Virus record (IMG/VR): IMGVR_UViG_3300033148_002122
Span: 32,001-96,000 of that record
Strand: one strand, 5' to 3'
Length of the DNA: 64,000 bases
From: a virus
Shown: positions 1 through 8,927 of the stretch, in pieces
How positions within the stretch are numbered: position 1 is the first letter of the stretch
Layout: every line of letters starts with the position of its first letter
The notes under the pieces: generated by a model
Seen by the model: the letters and a program-made list of their open reading frames with translations, nothing else
Databases searched by the model: none
What the model was told of the DNA's origin: nothing
Made by a program: the position numbers and the translations under genes

Positions 1-2
1 TA

Positions 3-584
3 CATGATAGCACAGGCAGTTATTCTTCTAGCCTAATAGCTAAATACGATTCTACGGGTTCGTATTCGTTAGTACTTGAAGGAGGAGATGACTCTACTGG
101 TTCGTATAGTGTTAGTCTAAAGACTACCACAGATAGTACAGGTTCGTTATCTGTATTATTAACATATACTTATGACTCTACAGGGTCCATATCAGTTTCA
201 ATACTAAAATCTCAGGATAGTACGGCTTCAGTTTCTGTAGTAATTGGTGGAACTATAGATAGTACAGCAAGTTACTCTGCCTTAGTATCTGGTGAAGTAT
301 TCAATGTTGATAGTACTGCCAGTTACTCAGTGGCGCTGTATCTAAAGACTGATTCTACCTATAGTTATAGTGTGTTCTTGTCTCCAGATAGACCTTTGGC
401 GTATGTATACTACGATGGGTTGTCTGCGTATGTAGTAAAAGATGCCCCAGGAAATTCGCAAATTATTGAAAAAAACTACCTTGCAAGCGTGTCCGTAGCT
501 AAGTTTGATGCGTATACTATACGAGGCATCTATAGTTCGGTTGTTGAAATAATAGATATACACAAGAGAGGCTGTGGTCAATAG
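3..584 (+). CDS. 5'-truncated virion protein with 14-aa DST repeats (extends the listed ORF 330..584 to the window edge)
   Basis: Frame 3 is open from nt 3 to TAG at 582-584 and reads HDSTGSYSSSLIAKY DSTGSYSLVLEGGD DSTGSYSVSLKTTT DSTGSLSVLLTYTY..., in the same frame as 330..584. Confidence 0.85.
   Translation, partial: HDSTGSYSSSLIAKYDSTGSYSLVLEGGDDSTGSYSVSLKTTTDSTGSLSVLLTYTYDSTGSISVSILKSQDSTASVSVVIGGTIDSTASYSALVSGEVFNVDSTASYSVALYLKTDSTYSYSVFLSPDRPLAYVYYDGLSAYVVKDAPGNSQIIEKNYLASVSVAKFDAYTIRGIYSSVVEIIDIHKRGCGQ
6..392 (+). repeat. Nine tandem 14-aa protein repeats, consensus DST(G/A)SYSxxL
   Basis: Asp codons at 6, 48, 90, 132, 174, 216, 258, 309 and 351 (42-nt period, one 51-nt unit); synonymous codons differ between copies. 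Confidence 0.9.
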
Positions 585-934
585 TGGGCTATCGTACTTC
601 TAAAATAAGAGAAATTACTGATATATATCAGCATACTACTCCTCTCTTCAGATTTACTATAAATCATGATGGTACTAGTGTTGTGTTGGGTAATCTAATG
701 ACAGTGAGATTTATTGGGAAGCCACATATTGATTCAAATCATACGTTATGGGACGCCTCTTGTGCCATAGTTGACTCTACGAGGGGAATGTGTGAATGCC
801 GCCTGTCATTAACTGATACCACAGATTCTTATCACAATATGTACGGAGAGCTAAGGTTTGAAGACCACACAATACAAACAAGTGAAGTAGTTAATCAGTA
901 TAAATTTGACCTTCTAGAGTCTCTTGGTGGCTAG
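584..934 (+). CDS. BppU N-terminal-like Ig-fold virion protein
   Basis: Pattern YQHTTPLFRFTI...TVRFIGK...IVDSTRGMCECRLSLTDT...YGELRF resembles the baseplate upper protein N-domain; GTG start overlaps the upstream stop. Confidence 0.55.
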   Translation: MGYRTSKIREITDIYQHTTPLFRFTINHDGTSVVLGNLMTVRFIGKPHIDSNHTLWDASCAIVDSTRGMCECRLSLTDTTDSYHNMYGELRFEDHTIQTSEVVNQYKFDLLESLGG

Positions 935-1467
935 TGAAAAGTAGATACAAAGATCTGACTGGATGTAAGTTTGATAGATTAACAGTTCTCAAGTACGTAG
1001 GTAGAACTAAAGGTAGACATTCATTATGGCTCTGTAGATGCTCATGTGGTAATAGGGTCAAAATGCTTGATAATAATTTAAAGAGTGGGTCCACTAAATC
1101 ATGTGGGTGTCTCCGTTCAGAATTGGTTTCTGAAAGGCTTAAAGGCGAAAATAATCATAAGTGGGATCCAAATAGAACAGATGAAGAAAGAGAAATTGGT
1201 AGAAATTATCCTGATTATTACCAATTTCGTAAAAAAGTGTATGAAAAAGACAATTATACTTGTGTAGCTTGTGGCTATTCAAGCGGCGGTAATTTAGTAG
1301 CTCATCATTTAGAAAGCTACTCACGAAATCATAATTTAAGAACAAAGCCAAGCAATGGCGTTTGTCTTTGTTCGCCGTGTCACAAGTTCTTTCATGTAGA
1401 ATACGGATTTGGAAATAATACTACTGAACAGTTTCAGGAGTGGATAAGGAGGATAATGGATGAATAG
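934..1467 (+). CDS. HNH homing endonuclease
   Basis: N-terminal DLTGCKFDRLTV...WLCRCSCG...KSCGC domain plus CVACG...AHHL...NGVCLCSPCHKFFH HNH motif. Confidence 0.9.
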   Translation: MKSRYKDLTGCKFDRLTVLKYVGRTKGRHSLWLCRCSCGNRVKMLDNNLKSGSTKSCGCLRSELVSERLKGENNHKWDPNRTDEEREIGRNYPDYYQFRKKVYEKDNYTCVACGYSSGGNLVAHHLESYSRNHNLRTKPSNGVCLCSPCHKFFHVEYGFGNNTTEQFQEWIRRIMDE

Positions 1468-2521
1468 GAAAAAGGTTTTACACGTTGTAAACTGGATAGG
1501 ACTAAGGGGTTCGGAAAAGACTTGTTTAAATTTTGCAAAACATACTCCGCAGTATGATCATACGTTTATTGCCAGGACTATCACTAACGCTGAAGCCGAA
1601 AAAGAGTTTATAGGTGTTGGTGAAGTTAGAATAAGTATAAATTTTGGAACAGGTGGAATGTTTGATTATTCTGATATAACACCAGAGTTTATAAAAGAAA
1701 ATAACATTGATATAATTAATGTATACTTACCTGGGGATAACCTACCAAGCTACATAAAAGGATTGAAAGACTGTGGTGTAAAGATTGTTCTAAGTGTATT
1801 GTGTGCCAAGAAATGTCATTTTGGTCCAGAACATTTTGACTCTGTTGTGGTTCTTTCTGAATTTGCAGCATCGTTAAACCCACATTTAAATCCAGAGTGG
1901 GTATATCCAACAGTTGAAGTGCTTGAGTCACAGGCAACAAAAGATGACATACTACTTAGATACTTTGATTTCTATGAATTAGCCAAGAACCCAATACTAA
2001 TATCTAGGGTTGGGTCAATCGAGCAGGTTAAACATGTTGAAGATTTCTTAAAGTTAGCTAAAACTTTTGAATATCTTGACAACGTATATTTTTTGTACGC
2101 AGGTGTAGCTGAGACTAGTTACCTAAATAAACTAAAATCAAAGTATTACGGAATTAATATAGCATATGGTGGTGTATTAACAGAACAGGAAAAGAACGAT
2201 ATCAATGCTGTTAGTGATGTATGTTTGTATCCTACTGAGTTTGAGTCGTTTGGCTATTCACTAGCAGAACCTATGTCGCACGGTGTACCAGTTGTTACCT
2301 ACAATGAATCCGCTTCACCAGAAACAGTTGGTGACGGCGGTGTTGTTGTTGATTTTAATAATTTAGTTCAGTTGACTAAAGCTTTGGCAGAATTAATGTC
2401 TAGACCACTATTACGTAAGAAACTTGGGGATAAGGCTTTAGCAAGGTGGGAAACTAGTTTTGCGCCTGGAATTTATCAAGATAAAGTTGTTGCTATTTAC
2501 GAGGGGTTATTAAATGAGTAA
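1460..2521 (+). CDS. Glycosyltransferase, GT4 family (GT-B fold)
   Basis: KVLHVV...GSEK N-terminus, GSIEQVKHV, DVCLYPTEFESFGYSLAEPMSHGVPVV (E-x7-E motif), ETVGDGG; no TM segment. Confidence 0.9.
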   Translation: MNRKKVLHVVNWIGLRGSEKTCLNFAKHTPQYDHTFIARTITNAEAEKEFIGVGEVRISINFGTGGMFDYSDITPEFIKENNIDIINVYLPGDNLPSYIKGLKDCGVKIVLSVLCAKKCHFGPEHFDSVVVLSEFAASLNPHLNPEWVYPTVEVLESQATKDDILLRYFDFYELAKNPILISRVGSIEQVKHVEDFLKLAKTFEYLDNVYFLYAGVAETSYLNKLKSKYYGINIAYGGVLTEQEKNDINAVSDVCLYPTEFESFGYSLAEPMSHGVPVVTYNESASPETVGDGGVVVDFNNLVQLTKALAELMSRPLLRKKLGDKALARWETSFAPGIYQDKVVAIYEGLLNE

Positions 2522-4868
2522 TCTTTACACAGATAGGGTAGTAAGAAACATTACCCCATTAGATAACCTGGAGAAGTATGAGGCTTTATCTGATAGTCAG
2601 CGTAGTGACAGATACCTACAGCTTTTAGATCATCAGCTATCTAAAGCAACGTATTTGTCTAATAAAGTTAAAAAACCTAATACGTTTATAACAGATCAAC
2701 TTGCGGATATGGCAGATATTGCTGGATCATTGTATTCTACAGAGAGCCATGAAACTAAACAAAAAGAACTTTTATTATCAAGAAATATAGCAAGATTTGA
2801 ACCTTTCTGTGCCACGGCACTCAAAAGACTTGTATCATTTAGTGTTACACCAGGAACATTCGAAAGTGTGTATGATGAAGAACTTGAACAAGTTCTACGC
2901 TTTTGGTATGAAAATCTTACTGCAATGGATGCTGCTCCTGGGTTTGTAAAACAGATACCAGGGTTAAAGATTTTTGAAGAATCATTTGTTAGGGAGTTAC
3001 TAGTTGATGGTGACTTAGTTATTTCTGAAAGCTGGTCAAAGGTTTCTGTTCCTATATACAGGGTTACTCCAAAAGGTAAAAGAACTGTAAAATTTAAGAA
3101 TTTTTTGTTACCTACTCGTCTAGCCATTCATGATTTTAGTAGTTTAAAAGTAAAAGAAGTATCCTCTCTATATAACAGAGAGATTATTACTATGAAGGTT
3201 CCAGAAGATCTAAAAGAATTAGCTGGAAAATCTGAGTTAACTCATGATGAGAAACAAACACTAGATCAGCTACCTGATTATATAAAGAAACAGCTAAAGG
3301 GTGAAGGAAGTTCTGAGTATATTTCTCTTGTTGATCCCAAGGGAAAAGAATCGTTTGTAACACACATAAAATTACACGGAAACAGTTATGCTCTGTATGG
3401 TAAGAGCTTTTTTGCTTCAGCCTTTGAGCCTATATCTAGAAAGTATAGACTTAGAGAATTAGACGAAGCAACTATAACTGGTATTATAAATAGAGTTACG
3501 ATAATTAAGGCCGGATTAGTTTCTCTAGAAGGTCAAACAACCATAACTCCTAATCGTTTACAAATGCTTGAACAACTTCTGAGTGAGCCTAAAGTTAATG
3601 AATTAATTCTTTGGCCTGGAGATGACATATCTATAGAGGATATAGGACCACAGGGAAAAATTCTTGAATTTGATAAAAGATATGACCATGTTAACAGTGA
3701 TATCCTTGCAGCTATTGGTGTTCCAAGAGTTCTTATTGACGGAAAGTCTGAGATGTCTGGAGAACGGACTGTCTATGCGTCTTTCCTTGGACTTAAAGAG
3801 TTTTTGGAACAGGATATTCGAAATGATAGACTCATACCTTTTGTTGAGTCATTAGCTAGAGGCATAGCAACTAAGAATAATTTTAAGGCAGAGTATCCTA
3901 AGTATCAAAAAGGAAGGATTAACCTTCAAGATCCAGAGATGCTACTCAACAGAGCTAAGTTTGAGTATGATCGTGGTCTTATGTCAGAGCGTACAGCGAT
4001 TACTGATGGGGGTAGAACCTGGGAAATTGAGAGACAAAGAAGAGAATTTGAGTCTATTAATGGTATTGTCCATAACTTTGGTATTCCAGATCTAGCATTT
4101 AACGAACCTTCTGACAGGGGAGATAGTGGACCAAAGGAAGATACTGAGAAGATATCTGATCCTGATGAAGTAAGTGACACTGGTTCGAATGCTGCCTTTG
4201 CTGCGTCTACAAGGGACGCTAATTATGCAGAGGATCTTGATGATATATATCAGTCAAATACCTCAAAGATTTTAACTAGAATGGAAAATTCTGGCATTCC
4301 TAACTCTACAATTATTGGATCGTTAATTGTTATGTTTGGTCTTTTAAAGAAATCAAGCAGAGAGTATGTTAATGAATCATATAACAAGTTATTAGAAGAT
4401 GCCAATTACTATGATGTCGAACTATTAGATAATGTTATATCCTGGTCTGATCAACAATTTGATAACTGGTTAGACTCAATGACTGAGACTATAACTAGTA
4501 AAATAACTGATGAGTTGGACACAGATGACAAAGTTATACTACTTGCTGGTATATTTTCTGCTGCTATTAACACAAGGCTTTATAAATACGAAACTGCTAT
4601 ACCATCAAAGGTTGAACGAGCAGTTAGTATTTCAGCTAGTAAAGCTGGTGGAAATGAGTACGCTACATGGATTTCAGCATTAACTGAAAATACTTGTGCG
4701 TATTGCACCAGTCTTCATGGAAAGAGCATGTCAATTGATGCCGCGCTAGAGATGTATCCAGTACATCCTAGCTGTCAGTGTGACTACCTAGAACACAAGA
4801 CACTCCCTAAAAATGCAGATACTGATATACCAGAGAAAGATTCAGATAACTGGAGTAACCTAAAGTAG
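2514..4868 (+). CDS. Portal protein fused to a C-terminal MuF/SPP1 gp7-like minor head domain
   Basis: RELLVDGD, YGKSFF and ILAAIGVPRVL are portal-like; C-terminal WISALTENTCAYCTSLHGK...PVHPSCQC is the MuF signature; position upstream of protease and capsid genes. Confidence 0.75.
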   Translation: MSNLYTDRVVRNITPLDNLEKYEALSDSQRSDRYLQLLDHQLSKATYLSNKVKKPNTFITDQLADMADIAGSLYSTESHETKQKELLLSRNIARFEPFCATALKRLVSFSVTPGTFESVYDEELEQVLRFWYENLTAMDAAPGFVKQIPGLKIFEESFVRELLVDGDLVISESWSKVSVPIYRVTPKGKRTVKFKNFLLPTRLAIHDFSSLKVKEVSSLYNREIITMKVPEDLKELAGKSELTHDEKQTLDQLPDYIKKQLKGEGSSEYISLVDPKGKESFVTHIKLHGNSYALYGKSFFASAFEPISRKYRLRELDEATITGIINRVTIIKAGLVSLEGQTTITPNRLQMLEQLLSEPKVNELILWPGDDISIEDIGPQGKILEFDKRYDHVNSDILAAIGVPRVLIDGKSEMSGERTVYASFLGLKEFLEQDIRNDRLIPFVESLARGIATKNNFKAEYPKYQKGRINLQDPEMLLNRAKFEYDRGLMSERTAITDGGRTWEIERQRREFESINGIVHNFGIPDLAFNEPSDRGDSGPKEDTEKISDPDEVSDTGSNAAFAASTRDANYAEDLDDIYQSNTSKILTRMENSGIPNSTIIGSLIVMFGLLKKSSREYVNESYNKLLEDANYYDVELLDNVISWSDQQFDNWLDSMTETITSKITDELDTDDKVILLAGIFSAAINTRLYKYETAIPSKVERAVSISASKAGGNEYATWISALTENTCAYCTSLHGKSMSIDAALEMYPVHPSCQCDYLEHKTLPKNADTDIPEKDSDNWSNLK

Positions 4869-4932
4869 TTACATCTTCTAACTAGAAGAATAACATAAAC
4901 ACCCAACTTGTTTTGTTAGAAGGACGGAATTC

Positions 4933-5376
4933 ATGGCAGAAGTTAAAACTATTAGTGGCGGCATTCCAGATCCCATAAAAAATCAGTCCTCTTTTAGTGG
5001 ATTATTTATTATCCTAACTATTTTAGCAACTTTTATAGCTCTGGTTGGAAATTATATAAAACCTGTTCAACAAAATGTAGAACAATTAAGGGCAAGATTA
5101 GAGCAGGTTAATAACAGAGCGATACAATCTGATCATCTAGAAGAAATAACATCTTTAAGCGAACAACTAAAAAGCGTGTCTAAGGATATTCATACTATTG
5201 AGAGAGTTGAAAATCTTCATGATGAACGTAGTAAGGCTAGACTCTTTAAGCTAGAACAATGGAGACACGAAGATCTAGATAGGATATCAGAGCTAGAAAA
5301 AATAGTGTATGGATTAGAGATAGCACTTGAAAGGGACTATCACAGAAATCAAGATTACGAAGAAGGGGGACCATAG
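4933..5376 (+). CDS. Membrane-anchored coiled-coil protein
   Basis: Hydrophobic LFIILTILATFIALVG followed by a heptad-rich C-terminus; RBS-like AGGACGG upstream. Confidence 0.7.
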   Translation: MAEVKTISGGIPDPIKNQSSFSGLFIILTILATFIALVGNYIKPVQQNVEQLRARLEQVNNRAIQSDHLEEITSLSEQLKSVSKDIHTIERVENLHDERSKARLFKLEQWRHEDLDRISELEKIVYGLEIALERDYHRNQDYEEGGP

Positions 5377-5520
5377 ATGGAGGTTTTTCTTATTTTAATT
5401 CTTGGATCACTAGGGTGGGTTTCTATTAATCACCCAGATTGGTTGGTAAATCACTGGCCTCATATATTGTTGCCTAGAGATTGGGCTGACTCTTTTCAGC
5501 GTTGGGTACAAAGATTTTAA
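5377..5520 (+). CDS. 47-aa Trp-rich membrane protein (not in the ORF track)
   Basis: ATG directly after the previous stop, preceded by AAGGGGGA; MEVFLILILGSLGWVSINHPDWLVNHWPHILLPRDWADSFQRWVQRF fills the gap before the protease gene. Confidence 0.6.
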   Translation: MEVFLILILGSLGWVSINHPDWLVNHWPHILLPRDWADSFQRWVQRF

Positions 5521-5536
5521 TTGTTGGAGGACATAA

Positions 5537-7246
5537 ATGGGTAATTCCAAAAGCTACAAAACAAAATTTGTTGATGAGACTGTAGCAGAACTTCTAAAGT
5601 TTAGTGCTAGCAGTGATCCTGAATCTTTACGTCCAGAAGCTGTTAATATCTTTAATCAAGCTCATACTTTTTCTAATAAAAGAGGGTATTCTATAAAAGA
5701 TACTATTTTTGCGTCAAGTATACCTAATGCAGTAAAAATGCATCTTATTAAAAAGGGACTACAAAAGAGTCAGGAAATGCCATCTCTTGAAAGTATCTAC
5801 GGATTAAATAATATGACGAAGATAATGAGTAGTGTTAGCATAGCTGCAATAGAGATGAAGGATTTAGACTTATCTAACGATGAGATTCCTGAAGATCTAA
5901 AACAGTCTAATGCTTTTATGCACATGTTTAACAAACGTGATGACTTAATTTTACTAGATTTAATTCTTGTTGTTGAGGGAGTTAATTCTAATATGGACGA
6001 GTTTTCTGCTGCGGAATTGGCGGCTAACCATAGTACAATAGTTGGTATGCCACTAACACATGAACACATGCATGATGAAATACATGGAGTGTTTTATGAT
6101 TCTGAGTTAATTGATCTAGAAGTAATTGATCCAATCTCAGAACAGAAAAGTATTAAGAAAGCAGTACGAACTAAAGCAATTTTTTATAAACATCGTTTTC
6201 CAGATGAGGCCGATGTTATAATTGGTAGAGCTACACTTGGCACTCTTAGGTTCAGCATGGAGTGTTATTTTGAAAAAGCCAAATGTTCAGTGTGTGGCGA
6301 AGAGGCAACAAGTATTTGGGATTATTGTGACCACATGTGGGAACGCTTTGATCCAGATTCTAATGCTTCAAGAATTTTAATTGGCATTAAGTTTGTTGGA
6401 GGTTCTTACGTAAGAAATCCAGCAGAGAAAAATGCTGTTCTATTAGACTTTGAGGACTATAGTGATGAAAGTTTATTAGCAGCCGCTTCTGAAAATAATG
6501 TAAAGATCATGCACTATTCTAAAGATGGACAGCATATCACTTGGGCAGATGATTATATTAATGACAATGAATCTTCTGGTTTTGATAACAGAGAAGGAGA
6601 TGAATTTATGGACCGTGATACTTTGCTAAAGAATCCAGAAGTCAAAGCTATGATTGAAGATCTTGCTAAAGCTAAAGCAGAAGAAATGCTAGCTGACATG
6701 GAGCAGAGTTCAGAGAAGGAGTCCCTACAGCGTGAGGTTGATGAGCTTAGTGAGGCGAACGAAGGTTTAGCTTCAAAAGTCTTAGAGCTTGAAACCAAAA
6801 TTTCTGAAAGGGATGCTCTTGATCGTGCTAATGCTTATGTCAATGATCTAGAAAAATCTGGTGTTGACTTGGGTTCTGATAGTGATCGTGAGAAGCTATT
6901 AGCTCTCTTCCTTAAATCCTCAGATGAGGATGCTAAAACATTGGCAGAATTCTTAAACAAGAATAGTAAAGCTGATGAAGAAGAGAGTTCTGAAGAGGAC
7001 GAATCTGTTGAAGATGAGTCTGGAGCTTCTGATGAAACAGACGAAACAGATGAGTCTGAAGACGAAGAAAATGATGCTTCCGATGATGAGGATGAAGCTG
7101 CTGAAGCTAGTGGGGAACTTCCTGTTAAGGGAGGCCCAGCTTCAAGAGAAAAGGCTATTGCCACAGCTAATCGTAATCTAAGAGGTGTAGCAATAACTGG
7201 TCTTTCAGCACTAACCGACCTTTTTGAGACAAATAAAGAGGATTAA
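5537..7246 (+). CDS. Prohead protease with C-terminal scaffold domain
   Basis: NSNMDEF, GMPLTHEH, RFSMEC and GGSYVRNPA motifs of HK97/herpes-fold proteases; CSVC...CDH insert; coiled-coil plus acidic C-terminal half; position between portal and capsid genes. Confidence 0.75.
   Translation: MGNSKSYKTKFVDETVAELLKFSASSDPESLRPEAVNIFNQAHTFSNKRGYSIKDTIFASSIPNAVKMHLIKKGLQKSQEMPSLESIYGLNNMTKIMSSVSIAAIEMKDLDLSNDEIPEDLKQSNAFMHMFNKRDDLILLDLILVVEGVNSNMDEFSAAELAANHSTIVGMPLTHEHMHDEIHGVFYDSELIDLEVIDPISEQKSIKKAVRTKAIFYKHRFPDEADVIIGRATLGTLRFSMECYFEKAKCSVCGEEATSIWDYCDHMWERFDPDSNASRILIGIKFVGGSYVRNPAEKNAVLLDFEDYSDESLLAAASENNVKIMHYSKDGQHITWADDYINDNESSGFDNREGDEFMDRDTLLKNPEVKAMIEDLAKAKAEEMLADMEQSSEKESLQREVDELSEANEGLASKVLELETKISERDALDRANAYVNDLEKSGVDLGSDSDREKLLALFLKSSDEDAKTLAEFLNKNSKADEEESSEEDESVEDESGASDETDETDESEDEENDASDDEDEAAEASGELPVKGGPASREKAIATANRNLRGVAITGLSALTDLFETNKED
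6608..7246 (+). CDS. Probable nested in-frame scaffold protein
   Basis: AAGGAG at 6594-6599, then ATG at 6608 in the protease frame (MDRDTLL...), exactly where the coiled coil begins. Confidence 0.6.
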   Translation: MDRDTLLKNPEVKAMIEDLAKAKAEEMLADMEQSSEKESLQREVDELSEANEGLASKVLELETKISERDALDRANAYVNDLEKSGVDLGSDSDREKLLALFLKSSDEDAKTLAEFLNKNSKADEEESSEEDESVEDESGASDETDETDESEDEENDASDDEDEAAEASGELPVKGGPASREKAIATANRNLRGVAITGLSALTDLFETNKED

Positions 7247-7265
7247 TAAAAGGAGATTATAAAGT

Positions 7266-7832
7266 ATGAAAATTAGTTTTCTAAATGTTCCTGAGTGGGC
7301 ACATCTTGGAGAATATCGTTGCAATGGTGTGGTATGGCAGGGTCAGGTTGGTTTATTTGCTGACTCTACCACATTAGAGCTAGGATCTACTGATGCTACT
7401 TGGCATCTGTATGAAATGCGTAAGTTTGTAAAGGCTATTGATAGTACTGCTTACTTGGTTGCTGACTCTACTGGTGTTGTTGAATTCTTCATCATGTATA
7501 AGTGGCCGAATGAAGATGAGTATGAGTCTGCCGAACACGCTTATGGTCAAAAGATTCTAACGAGTACTCCAATTGTATGTGTTCCGTTGACTCCTGGCTT
7601 CCGTATTGAAGACTACGATACCCAGGATAACACATCTGGTCTTGACTCTGGTGTAACTTGGTCAACCGTAGCCAGGAGTGCCCCACTATATCTTAATGGT
7701 GATGGCCGCTGGACTACTGTATATGTTGAGTATTATACATCATTTGCAAGAGCCGTGTTTGAGCAGTATAAGAATGGTTATGTAACTTACCGTATTATTG
7801 AGCCTAGTAATATTTTAAGGGCAACAGTATAA
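7266..7832 (+). CDS. Probable head decoration protein
   Basis: Beta-rich 188-aa ORF between scaffold and major capsid genes; AAAGGAG RBS; three DST motifs. Confidence 0.55.
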   Translation: MKISFLNVPEWAHLGEYRCNGVVWQGQVGLFADSTTLELGSTDATWHLYEMRKFVKAIDSTAYLVADSTGVVEFFIMYKWPNEDEYESAEHAYGQKILTSTPIVCVPLTPGFRIEDYDTQDNTSGLDSGVTWSTVARSAPLYLNGDGRWTTVYVEYYTSFARAVFEQYKNGYVTYRIIEPSNILRATV

Positions 7833-7850
7833 GGTTAGGAGGATAGATTA

Positions 7851-8852
7851 ATGTCCACGTTGATACGTAATGGTAGTGGGGTATCTAAGCACAAGGATGA
7901 CGAACGACTACAGAAGTGGTTGGTCAGTCTTGCTGATAACTGGAAAGACCCCTCAATTAATGGTGAATTCCATGCACTTGCAAAGGAAATCACTCGACAG
8001 GTAATGGAAGAGTTTAGTTTTGTAGACCTGACTCCCCATATTCTTGAGTCATCTAACCTTGATCGTGATGTCCACAAGATTGTATTCAAAGAACTGGGTG
8101 GGTATACTGCAACTACAGTATCATCCGGTGGTCGTAGACAGCAGTTTAGGCTAGACAAGAGCCGTTCTGTAATCTGGATTCCAGATGAGTACGAGAATGC
8201 TACTGTGGAAGTTCTTGAAGATGATTTGCGCGAAGGTAACTATGGTACTATTGCTGATATTCGTGAGGGAATCCGTGATGCACTAGCTCATAAAAAGCTA
8301 GCCCGTGTTATGGAAGAACTGCACCGTATTTGTAACTATAGTGAAGACCAAGCTAACTGGGATGGCACTGATAGTGCCGCCGCTGGTAATAGTAACTTTA
8401 TTTACCAACCAGGAAGCACTATTCATCCTCACGCACTAAACTATGCGCTAAGAAAAGTTATCGGACGTACTGGTAGGGTTGTGTCTATTGTTGGGCACCC
8501 AGACTATGTACTTCAGATTGCTGACTTTGCTGGCTTCTTGGCTAATGAGGCAACTCCTGGTCAGAAAGAGCAGTTGCAGCAACGTGGTTGGATCGGTAAG
8601 TACCGTGGAGCCAATGTTATTGCAGTGAGTGAGTATGAGGACAAGAAGTATGGTAATCAAGTTTGGGATCCATACAACATCTACATCGTAGGTGCGGGTA
8701 TGGCCGAAATTGCTAATATTTATGGCGTAGAGGCTGTAACTGATTTTGAGGCAATGCGTTCCGTTCGTCTAATTGGTGGCGATCAGAAGTACGTTGTACT
8801 ATCTCAGGATCCTCAGTTGAAGCGTGGTTTCCGTATTCAAATGGATGCGTAA
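7851..8852 (+). CDS. Major capsid protein (HK97 fold)
   Basis: Synteny, 333 aa, AGGAGG RBS, GWIGKYRGANVIAV matches the typical G.l.G..v P-domain strand; followed by a GC hairpin. Confidence 0.8.
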   Translation: MSTLIRNGSGVSKHKDDERLQKWLVSLADNWKDPSINGEFHALAKEITRQVMEEFSFVDLTPHILESSNLDRDVHKIVFKELGGYTATTVSSGGRRQQFRLDKSRSVIWIPDEYENATVEVLEDDLREGNYGTIADIREGIRDALAHKKLARVMEELHRICNYSEDQANWDGTDSAAAGNSNFIYQPGSTIHPHALNYALRKVIGRTGRVVSIVGHPDYVLQIADFAGFLANEATPGQKEQLQQRGWIGKYRGANVIAVSEYEDKKYGNQVWDPYNIYIVGAGMAEIANIYGVEAVTDFEAMRSVRLIGGDQKYVVLSQDPQLKRGFRIQMDA

Positions 8853-8874
8853 GCTATTTTAGTATAGGTTGATT

Positions 8875-8899
8875 GGGGGTAGGCACAGGGTCTGCCCCC
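8875..8899 (+). other. GC-rich RNA hairpin after the major capsid gene
   Basis: GGGGGTAGGC-ACAGG-GTCTGCCCCC 10-bp stem (two G-U pairs), no U-tract. Confidence 0.6.
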
Positions 8900-8927
8900 G
8901 GCGACTTCCAAAATTGGAGGTAAAGGG

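Noticed and set aside
6-392. 42-nt periodicity as a possible CRISPR array or DNA tandem repeat
   Set aside because: Conservation is at the amino-acid level with varied synonymous codons inside an open frame, and there is no identical DNA repeat with spacers
6965-7111. Acidic GAT/GAA-rich low-complexity tract
   Set aside because: Ordinary disordered scaffold linker, not a separate element
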